Program-made: the position numbers and the translations under genes
Source: Halioglobus sp.
GTDB lineage: Bacteria > Pseudomonadota > Gammaproteobacteria > Pseudomonadales > Halieaceae
DNA length: 45,904 bases
Direction of reading: 5' to 3'
Assembly (NCBI GenBank): GCA_047626655.1
Contig: JBLHSI010000001.1
Span: forward strand, 1-45,904
Notes under the pieces: model-generated
The model's database searches: none
The model's input: the letters and a program-made list of their open reading frames with translations, nothing else
Told to the model about the DNA's origin: nothing
Shown: in pieces, positions 9,812 to 17,353 of the stretch
Position numbering within the stretch: position 1 is the stretch's first letter
How the letters are laid out: each line of letters begins with the position of its first letter

Positions 9812-10957
9812 ATGCCACTGTTGGAATTGCCACCACTGAGTCTGTATATCCACCTGCCCTGGTGTGAGAAAAAGTGTCCCTACTGCGATTTCAACTCTCA
9901 TGAATCTACTCAAACTTTGCCTGAACAAGACTATGTAGACAGTCTGTTGGCTGATCTGCAGGCTGATTTACCTTTCGTGGCAGGCAGGGCTATAGGCACC
10001 ATTTTTATCGGGGGTGGTACTCCCAGTCTGTTTTCGGCCTCGGCTATTGCGCGTCTAATGCGCGGTATTGCCGAGCGCCTAGAACTGTCTGTAGGGCTTG
10101 AGGTTACGATGGAGGCGAACCCGGGCAGCGCAGAAGCTGAGAAATTTCATGGCTATCGCGAAGCTGGCATCAATAGAGTTTCTCTGGGTATTCAGAGCTT
10201 TCAAGATGATCAACTACAGTCACTGGGTCGCGTACACAGCAGCCATGAGGCTCACGCAGCCATCGAGAAATTGAGCTTGGCTGGGCTGAGTAATTTTAAT
10301 ATTGATTTGATGCATGGACTCCCGGGTCAAACTGAGCGAGGTGCCACCGCCGACCTAGAAACAGCGCTATCGTATGAGCCTGCTCACCTGTCTTGGTATC
10401 AGCTGACAATCGAGCCCAATACGGTATTTCATAAACGCCCCCCGACTCTGCCCGTTGACGATACGCTTGCTGACATACAAGCAAGTGGCGAGCGCCTAAT
10501 AGGCGAACGGGGATATCGACAATATGAAGTTTCAGCCTATGCTCGTCCTGACAAACACTGCCGGCACAATGAAAATTACTGGTCCTTCGGTGATTATCTC
10601 GGTATCGGGGCTGGTGCGCACAGCAAAATTAGCCGTTTAGACGGTCCGGTTACCCGCTATGCAAAGCGCCGGCAACCGGGCGAGTATATGCGGGCTGAAA
10701 ACAATTGTTTTATCGCCAGTAGGCGTGAGCTAGAACCCGAAGACATCATCGGCGAGTTCATGCTCAATGCGCTGCGTCGGAATAGGGGCTTTAGTTTACC
10801 GCACTTTAGCCTGCGTACAGGTCTTGGTACAGAGGTTGTCGAGTCAAAAGTTTCGGCTCTGGTTGATAGGAAGCTGTTGGTTTTGGACGGCGACTTTATC
10901 TGTACGTCAGAGCTCGGTCGCCGTTTTTTAGACACGGTTGTCGCTGAGTTTTTCTAG
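9812..10957 (+). CDS. hemW: radical SAM heme chaperone HemW (coproporphyrinogen III oxidase-like)
   Basis: LYIHLPWCEKKCPYCDFNS (CxxxCxxC) and the GGGTPS motif. ATG 9812 lies 1 nt after the rdgB stop. Confidence 0.9.
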   Translation: MPLLELPPLSLYIHLPWCEKKCPYCDFNSHESTQTLPEQDYVDSLLADLQADLPFVAGRAIGTIFIGGGTPSLFSASAIARLMRGIAERLELSVGLEVTMEANPGSAEAEKFHGYREAGINRVSLGIQSFQDDQLQSLGRVHSSHEAHAAIEKLSLAGLSNFNIDLMHGLPGQTERGATADLETALSYEPAHLSWYQLTIEPNTVFHKRPPTLPVDDTLADIQASGERLIGERGYRQYEVSAYARPDKHCRHNENYWSFGDYLGIGAGAHSKISRLDGPVTRYAKRRQPGEYMRAENNCFIASRRELEPEDIIGEFMLNALRRNRGFSLPHFSLRTGLGTEVVESKVSALVDRKLLVLDGDFICTSELGRRFLDTVVAEFF

Positions 10958-11031
10958 GTATTGGGCGCGACTCAGAGGGGCTATCTTATGCTCTCGTGAA
11001 GGCGTTTTTTTGTCACTGGGCTGGTAGTAGG

Positions 11032-11655
11032 CTATTCAAAGTAGGTTGCTTGGCTAGTATTGTTCTTGAAGTCCCAGGCGGCCAACAAGTCGCCCGCAAT
11101 AGTGCGTCCAGTCGATAGCGGGGGTAAATTATCCAGTTCAAAATAAGCGGCACCGGAAGTTTCTAAGCCAGGTGACACGGCGTGGTTGTTCTTTATACGA
11201 CACAGGAAAAACATTTTATAAAAATCTATTACGTCAGGGTCGTAAGCGCCTTTTGATTTGTGCCTTACGCTGTAAAGGTGAGTCGCCTCAACCTCGATGT
11301 TGGCTTCCTCGTGTACCTCCTTTTCGACGTTCTCGGCTGGCGACAGCCCTAAATCTGCGAAGCCTCCCGGGAGAGCCCAAAGGCCATCAGATTTTTCTTG
11401 TATCAGTAAAATTCGATCTTCATGAAAAACGGCCGCGCGGACCTCGCCTTTAGGTGTTTGGTAACTCGCGGCGCCTTCGTTAAATAGATCCGCCATAACC
11501 TCCACTGGTTTTTGGCTAAGGTCAGCCATCATCTGCAATGCGATAGCAGAGACTTCGTCATATCTCTCTTGATCAAATTTGTCTTGAACGTAGGTGTTGC
11601 CGGTGGTCGCTATCGCCTGCAGCCGCTTTGCCATTGATAACCAACTGTTTTCCAT
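11032..11655 (-). CDS. NUDIX hydrolase with N-terminal NUDIX_N-type domain
   Basis: Nudix box GGFADLGLSPAENVEKEVHEEANIEV (GX5EX7REUXEEXGU-like). The N-terminal helical region WLSMAKRLQAIATTGNTY..ERY is typical of this subfamily. Confidence 0.8.
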   Translation of the reverse strand: MENSWLSMAKRLQAIATTGNTYVQDKFDQERYDEVSAIALQMMADLSQKPVEVMADLFNEGAASYQTPKGEVRAAVFHEDRILLIQEKSDGLWALPGGFADLGLSPAENVEKEVHEEANIEVEATHLYSVRHKSKGAYDPDVIDFYKMFFLCRIKNNHAVSPGLETSGAAYFELDNLPPLSTGRTIAGDLLAAWDFKNNTSQATYFE

Positions 11656-11691
11656 TACTGCTCCGTGAGGCCCTCTTTTAGATGGCCCGAT

Positions 11692-13128
11692 TTATTGTTC
11701 CAGTTTATCCAATAGAGCGCGTATCTCAGATTCGTTGGGTGGCCCAAATCGAGTCAGCAACACATGGCCCTCAGAATCGGTAATGAGGGTGGCGGGCAGG
11801 CCATCTATTTGGAGTGCGTCGGTCAAAATTTTCTTTGCTGCCGCTCGCGATTGCTCGGATAAGCCAATCAGGAGCTCATAGGGTGGTGTGTACTTTGACA
11901 CCCATTCAGTGAGCAAGTCCTCGCCTTCCTCTTCATCGTAGGGAAGCCCCACCATAGCCATCACGTTCTCGCCAATGGAGTCGCGCAGCGTGGTCAGTGC
12001 CGGGAGCTCGGCCAAGCATGGACCACACCAAGTTGCCATTGTGGTGTACATGATGAGCTTCGATTCGCCTGTGTTGTTGATCAGGGGCAGCAAGATGGGT
12101 TTGTTGCGCACAACTGTGGGCTTATCGCGTACTACCGGCGTGGGCACTGTATCTGTCGCTGCTAGAAGTGAGCGTATCTCGGATTCGTTGGGGGGGCCGA
12201 AGCGCGTTAGCAGTACTCTGCCGCGGGTGTCGGTGATTAGGGTCGCCGGTAAGCCATCTATTTTGAGAGCACCTTTCAAAATGTTCTTTGCCGCCGTTCT
12301 AGAGTCATTCGCTAGTGTAGTGAGCAGTTGGTACGGCGGGTTATATTGATCCAGCCAGTCTTCCAGCAGGTTTTCACCCTCGTCTTCGTCGTAGGGAAGG
12401 CCCACCATGGCCATTACATTCTCGCCTATGGCGTCACGCAAACTAGTCAGCACCGGAAGCTCAGCGATGCACGGGCTGCACCAGGTGGCCATTGTGGTGT
12501 ACATGATTAAACGCTGTTCTCCGCTAGGGCTCACTAACGGAGGGAAGACTGGGAGGTTGTTATGGGGAGTTTCGATTGTCGAAAAGTCGATGGTGGCCGC
12601 ATAGGGAGCCACAGTAAATGATTGACCCGCAGGCGCAGCTTCTTTATTTTCGAATAGTGTGACTAATTGCCCCGCGTTGATGGGTCCGATGCTCTGTGTC
12701 TTACCTGATGGCCAGTGCACGCGAATATTATTTACTTGCGATTGCTCTCCCAGGCCGATCAGCATGGTCGCGCTATTTTGCGCGCCCATCCCTTCACCTG
12801 CGCGGTGCTCGCGGAGTAAAACCTTGTCATTCAATTCGACTTCTACTGTTACGCCATAGCCGTCACGATTACTCCAAGCCTGGTTCGCGTTGGGGGTTCT
12901 GTTACCGCCCTCGAAGCGCAGCGCAATGATTTGCATGGTGGAGTTTTGTGCGGAGTTTTGCTGCGCGCCGAGATTTCGGTACAAGGCAAAGCGAGGAGCA
13001 TTAGCGCCAACCACCGCGGCGTCCAGCCAACCATCGCGGTCAAAATCGAGCCAGCTGAAGGCCCTGCCGTCGCCTGAATGGTCGAGGCCGGAGACAGCGG
13101 AGACATCGGTGAACTCCTTGCCGCCCAA
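11692..13128 (-). CDS. 3' segment of the interrupted CRTAC1-family frame: last FG-GAP repeat, UnbV/ASPIC domain, and two TlpA-like thioredoxin domains
   Basis: UnbV_ASPIC-like WSNRDGYGVTVEV..GEGMGAQNS..IGLG..VHWPSGK. Two thioredoxin-fold domains carry WCSPC (12469-12480) and WCGPC (12016-12027). It is in the same frame as 13288..15399. The ORF-track start is an internal TTG (Leu). Confidence 0.8.
   Translation of the reverse strand: MGGKEFTDVSAVSGLDHSGDGRAFSWLDFDRDGWLDAAVVGANAPRFALYRNLGAQQNSAQNSTMQIIALRFEGGNRTPNANQAWSNRDGYGVTVEVELNDKVLLREHRAGEGMGAQNSATMLIGLGEQSQVNNIRVHWPSGKTQSIGPINAGQLVTLFENKEAAPAGQSFTVAPYAATIDFSTIETPHNNLPVFPPLVSPSGEQRLIMYTTMATWCSPCIAELPVLTSLRDAIGENVMAMVGLPYDEDEGENLLEDWLDQYNPPYQLLTTLANDSRTAAKNILKGALKIDGLPATLITDTRGRVLLTRFGPPNESEIRSLLAATDTVPTPVVRDKPTVVRNKPILLPLINNTGESKLIMYTTMATWCGPCLAELPALTTLRDSIGENVMAMVGLPYDEEEGEDLLTEWVSKYTPPYELLIGLSEQSRAAAKKILTDALQIDGLPATLITDSEGHVLLTRFGPPNESEIRALLDKLEQ
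11707..12540 (-). repeat. tandem intragenic duplication of a TlpA-like thioredoxin domain (period 453 bp, 151 codons)
   Basis: Copy 1 is about 12160-12540 and copy 2 about 11707-12087. The CxxC motifs lie exactly 453 nt apart. By hand alignment about 90 of 121 residues are identical. Confidence 0.9.
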
Positions 13129-13255
13129 ATTCAGAAATAGGTGGTTGCGCTCGTGGCCGCTAAAAGAAGAGCCGCGCTCCAGGTCTCTTGAACTGACGCG
13201 TAAAGCGCCCGCCTCACCGCCCCCGTCAAACTCATGAGTGATGGGAAGCTTCGAA

Positions 13256-13280
13256 TCCGTGCGCGCAACTGCGCGCCAGA
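13256..13280 (-). promoter_or_regulatory. SECIS-like RNA hairpin 3' of the in-frame UGA
   Basis: The mRNA reads UGA-ACUGACUUCUG-GCGCGC-AGUU-GCGCGC-ACGGA. A perfect 6-bp GC stem starts 11 nt after the UGA and carries an AGUU loop (GU in the loop). The stem can be extended by G-C, U-G, C-G and U-A pairs with one bulged A. Confidence 0.4.
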
Positions 13281-13287
13281 AGTCAGT

Positions 13288-15399
13288 TCAGGTGTCGACC
13301 GGGATTTCGGCTTCCCCCGGCGCCGTGTAATAACCACTCAAAGCAAAAATATCCAGGGTACCGTCGTTGTTAACGTCGGCAAATTGGCTACCCCAGCTCC
13401 AACCCGCATGCTCAACCGTTAAGCTGGGCTGGGTCATACCCGAGACATGCTGAAACGTACCTTCGATGTTGCGTAGCAGCGAGTTGCCGCGCGCCATCTT
13501 TACAATTCTCGGATCAATACCAGGAATTTGTGCAGTAATTCTTTGTCCGGCTTTGCTGTACATGTTCGAGACGTATAGATCTTGTCGACCGTCTTGATCG
13601 TAGTCGCCCCATGTGGCGCCCATGCCAAAGCCAATGTCGGCTGTGTTGCTGGCCTGTGTGACGTCGGTAAACTTACCTGTGCCATCATTGCGCAACAAAA
13701 CATTGGGGGAAAAATCATTGGCAACGTACAGATCCGGGTCGCCGTCACGATCGTAGTCGGCCCATGTCGATTGGTAGCTGTTTAGGAATAGACGGGTGTT
13801 GGCTTCGCTACCCACAGCAGTAAATCCCGAGCCCGTATTACGCAGAAGTACGTTTGGGGGCCCGGGTCTGTTGAGATTTTCGTGCGTGTCCTTTTTTTCT
13901 AATAAGCGGCTGAGTTCGTCAGAATCAGAGTCGGGCAAAAACCGTTCGAATGCCTCGCGGCCCTGATGTCGAATAAGGTCAGCGGCATATGTTGAAATAT
14001 ACAGATCAAGCAGGCCGTCGCCATCGTAGTCGGCTGCAGACATCGACGAAACGAAAAAGGGCATTGGGACATCTATATCTTTGGAGTGGTCAACATAAAC
14101 ACCGCCTTCATTCTTTAGGTAAACACTTCTAGCCAAAGTCCTGCCGACAAAGACATCGGGGTCACCATCGTTATCAAAATCTGCAAAAATGGCGGATGAA
14201 TTGAAATCGGTTAAAGCCAGCCCGTAGTCATCTGCGCTTTCACTGAATGTACCGTTGCCTTGATTGCGCAGGAGCATCGCCGGTCCCCACCGCGCCAGAA
14301 GATAGATGTCGTCGAATCCATCATCGTCGATATCGACGATAGCAACTCCGGGGTGTCGGTCGAATGCCGGCAAACTGAACAGCTCATGCGGCTTTGATCG
14401 GACACCATCTTCTTCGCCGAGCAAAAATTTTAGTACGAACTCTTCATGGCGTGAGCGACGTGCTTCAGCCAGGTCTGCCGGCGACAGCACCAAATCGAGT
14501 ACATCTGCAAACAGTAGTTGGTCTGATTCTTGTATTTGTAGCTTGGAGGTGTGCCATTCTTTTATACGCCAGCCGGAGGCCTCCTCCGCCGGTACAGATG
14601 GCTCGCGACCCCAAACCAGAGTGAGTTTGCCCTCAACCGATGCATGCTGACCTTGGTTCAGGCGCGCGAGCGCATAAAATCCCACGGAGGTCTCATAACG
14701 CTGGTGAGTGTCGTCAAGAAAACGGCCTTTTATCGGGTAGAACTTTGCATGCTCAAAATACTTGACTGTTGTTAACAACGGCTGCCACAGGAGCAAGCTT
14801 TCTCGTGAGATCGTCTGAGTCTGTTTCGCGATAGTAAGTTCGCGTTGGATTAGTTGGGCTGTTAGTGCTCTTGCAGGTGCAGAGCTTGTGGCGTCACTGG
14901 TTAGGTCCCGCACCATGACTTGCTCGGCAAACAGTAAGCTACCTTCGTGATCAGGTAACTTTAGGTTGAGAATACTGCTGGAGAGTGTTTTTTTCAGTGG
15001 TAGTGTTAGTTTGAGTAACAGTTCTTCGCCAGCCGACATCTCCTCCCATGCCAGGCGTAAGTCACGGTCCGGGTCGATGATGTGCAACGCTTTTAGGTTG
15101 CCATAGATACCCACACACAAAACAGACAGCAAGCCCACTACTGCGATGCGCACAGTAGAAACCGTAAATCTGAGGGCGGGCTGGCGCAGTATTAGCCATA
15201 CCCCGGCGGCGAAGATAAAAACTTGCAATACGACGATGATAGCGATGCTGGTCTCAGCGTAGATGTGCTGATCGGCGCTGAATAGCCGCTCCAGAGACCA
15301 CTTGTTAAAAATAAGGGCAACCAGCACCAATAACAGACCAATAAGGCGATGTGGGAATCTACCTGACTCTGCGCTTGAGTGTATTGGCTGTTCGTTCAT
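13288..15399 (-). CDS. 5' segment of the interrupted CRTAC1-family frame: 3 TM helices, an uncharacterised region, and FG-GAP/VCBS repeats, ending at an in-frame TGA
   Basis: N-terminal hydrophobic helices. Repeated D.D.DG..D calcium-binding-type FG-GAP motifs: DIDDDGFDDIYL, DFDNDGDPDVFV, DYDGDGLLDLYI, DYDRDGDPDLYV, DYDQDGRQDLYV, DVNNDGTLDIF. The frame terminates at TGA 13288-13290 but continues in the same frame. Confidence 0.85.
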   Translation of the reverse strand: MNEQPIHSSAESGRFPHRLIGLLLVLVALIFNKWSLERLFSADQHIYAETSIAIIVVLQVFIFAAGVWLILRQPALRFTVSTVRIAVVGLLSVLCVGIYGNLKALHIIDPDRDLRLAWEEMSAGEELLLKLTLPLKKTLSSSILNLKLPDHEGSLLFAEQVMVRDLTSDATSSAPARALTAQLIQRELTIAKQTQTISRESLLLWQPLLTTVKYFEHAKFYPIKGRFLDDTHQRYETSVGFYALARLNQGQHASVEGKLTLVWGREPSVPAEEASGWRIKEWHTSKLQIQESDQLLFADVLDLVLSPADLAEARRSRHEEFVLKFLLGEEDGVRSKPHELFSLPAFDRHPGVAIVDIDDDGFDDIYLLARWGPAMLLRNQGNGTFSESADDYGLALTDFNSSAIFADFDNDGDPDVFVGRTLARSVYLKNEGGVYVDHSKDIDVPMPFFVSSMSAADYDGDGLLDLYISTYAADLIRHQGREAFERFLPDSDSDELSRLLEKKDTHENLNRPGPPNVLLRNTGSGFTAVGSEANTRLFLNSYQSTWADYDRDGDPDLYVANDFSPNVLLRNDGTGKFTDVTQASNTADIGFGMGATWGDYDQDGRQDLYVSNMYSKAGQRITAQIPGIDPRIVKMARGNSLLRNIEGTFQHVSGMTQPSLTVEHAGWSWGSQFADVNNDGTLDIFALSGYYTAPGEAEIPVDT

Positions 15400-15718
15400 G
15401 ACGTCCTGTTTATCCTTGGTGAGCTATGCATTGCGCGGACGAAACAAACGGTTTATTCCAGTTGTAGTGTTCGGCTGGCATCAGCGCAAAATTGCCTAAA
15501 GAGGATAAACAATCTCCAGTTGGAAATCTATCGCAATTAGAAACCGTGGTTTTTAAGAGATCAATTGAACTCCGTCGTCGTATTCAAAGATTCTAATGCA
15601 CCAAATTTGTGCACTATAGTAGACGCTTGTTAGTACTTAGATGATGACATACCCTGTCGAGATGCTCACCGAAAAACAAAAATATCAGGGTCAGTATTAA
15701 ACACAGTATGTTTATGTC
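15400..15718. promoter_or_regulatory. divergent intergenic control region (CRTAC1-family gene <-> flippase/oxidase genes)
   Basis: 319-bp non-coding, AT-rich gap between divergently oriented starts at 15399 and 15719. No individual promoter elements could be called with confidence. Confidence 0.4.
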
Positions 15719-17185
15719 ATGAGCACAAACTATCAGCAGAAACAGAGTGTATCGCACAGTCAGGTGGTTATCATCTTGTCCACCGTGTTGCGGCTGGTGG
15801 CATCGCTTGCCCTAACAATGTTGATAGGTAGAGAGCTGGACCCAGCGGATTTTGGGTTTTACGCGCTGGTAATAACGCTTTTTGTCATGGCGAGAGAATT
15901 GATGGACGTCGGCTCTACGAGCTTGGCGGTGCGCGAAATAGCTCTTGATCCTAGTGGCGAAAAATCGATTCTGGAAAGGCTAGTCGGTTTGCGGCTAGTG
16001 GCAGGGATTATCCTCGGTATATTGTGTTTGAGTCTTGCATGGCAGCAAAGTGAGCTATCACACCGATTAGTATTGTCCGTCACCGCGCTTATGTTACCGC
16101 TGCTGGCAGTGGGGGCGCTAGGTGTTGTGTATCAACTGCGGCAAAACTTACTGCCACTAGCGATCAACTCAACGAGCTTACAATACGGCCTGCTAATAGG
16201 TTGTTTCGGGCTTTATTTTGTTCAGGCGCCGGCGTGGTCTTATCCCTGCCTGCTTCTTGTACGAGAGCTGGCCGGCTTGCTGTGGTTAAAAATACACGCA
16301 GGAAAAACGCTGGGATATACAGTTACACCGAATTTGGCTTTTAACAACATGCGGTCATTTTTGCGCAAGCTGGCTGTCGTTGGAGCTGCAGCTGCGATGT
16401 ACAACTTGTACTTTTACGTGGGTCCGCTACTCATTTGGCTGCTTCGCCCGGCAACAGAAATGGGTGCCTACTCCGCTGCATTTAGACCGATTAGCCAAAT
16501 ATTGTCATTTCCCTTGATGTTGATGGTTCCGCTGCTGCCTGTTCTCACCCAATTTTTTGCCAACGATCGCCCTGCGCTGCAAAGGCAGGCCGCATGCTTT
16601 ATTCCTCTCGCGATTGGCCTGGGTGCAATTGGCGGGGTGGTGGGTCTGGAGGTGAGCAGAGATCTACTGTTTGTGCTGTATGGCGACATCTATATTGTGG
16701 GAGCCTTGTCGGCGGAGAGAAGCTTGCAAATTCTTTCTCTGTCGTTCGCTTTTTCAATGGCAACGGCGGTTGTGATTATGTTTCTGCTGGCACAGGGCCT
16801 CGAACGAGTACTTGTTGTGATGTGCTCAATGGGTTTGATCGTCAATCTGTTGTGTAATTTTGTGCTGTTGCCAAAGATTGGTTTTACCGCCGCGGCGATG
16901 GCGACGCTCGCTACCGAAGTGGCGGTTTTCCTCTTTGGCGCCGTTACCATGATACGCCTCAAGGTTTGGAGAGTGTCTGCATTATCCCTCGCAGCCTGCC
17001 TGCTTCCGACAATCGTTTTGGCGATTGCAATTCAACTCATGCCCGAGGCTGGGCAAGGTTGGCCCAGGCTTGTACCGGTGCTGGTTCTGGCGGTTACCGC
17101 AATGTTGAGCTTGTTATTGCTGCCCAGCACGAAACGCGGGCGGGAGGATCTTTCTCGCCAAGCTGTGGACGCCGTCACAAGTTGA
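15719..17185 (+). CDS. MOP-superfamily oligosaccharide/polysaccharide flippase (first of two in the window)
   Basis: 488 aa and very hydrophobic (12 or more predicted helices). The N-terminal pattern LRLVASLALTMLIGRELDPADFGFYALV is typical of Wzx/polysaccharide biosynthesis protein families. Confidence 0.75.
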   Translation: MSTNYQQKQSVSHSQVVIILSTVLRLVASLALTMLIGRELDPADFGFYALVITLFVMARELMDVGSTSLAVREIALDPSGEKSILERLVGLRLVAGIILGILCLSLAWQQSELSHRLVLSVTALMLPLLAVGALGVVYQLRQNLLPLAINSTSLQYGLLIGCFGLYFVQAPAWSYPCLLLVRELAGLLWLKIHAGKTLGYTVTPNLAFNNMRSFLRKLAVVGAAAAMYNLYFYVGPLLIWLLRPATEMGAYSAAFRPISQILSFPLMLMVPLLPVLTQFFANDRPALQRQAACFIPLAIGLGAIGGVVGLEVSRDLLFVLYGDIYIVGALSAERSLQILSLSFAFSMATAVVIMFLLAQGLERVLVVMCSMGLIVNLLCNFVLLPKIGFTAAAMATLATEVAVFLFGAVTMIRLKVWRVSALSLAACLLPTIVLAIAIQLMPEAGQGWPRLVPVLVLAVTAMLSLLLLPSTKRGREDLSRQAVDAVTS

Positions 17186-17353
17186 GCAAAGAGCCTATTA
17201 GCAGCACTGCTTAGAGCGCAAAAGACTGATCTTTTTGGATGTTTTTTTGGTATGTTGCAAACACAATGAGGTAAAATGCGATCGTTAGGTTCTCCAGCCG
17301 CACCCATTTGGTGGCATCGTTGGTTTGCAAATAGGTAATGAAAAGAGGCACTT

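Noticed and set aside
10958-11031. Rho-independent terminator between the convergent hemW and NUDIX genes; there is a T-run at about 11005-11012.
   Set aside because: I could not find a convincing GC-rich stem immediately preceding the T-run. At best there are 4-bp pairings.
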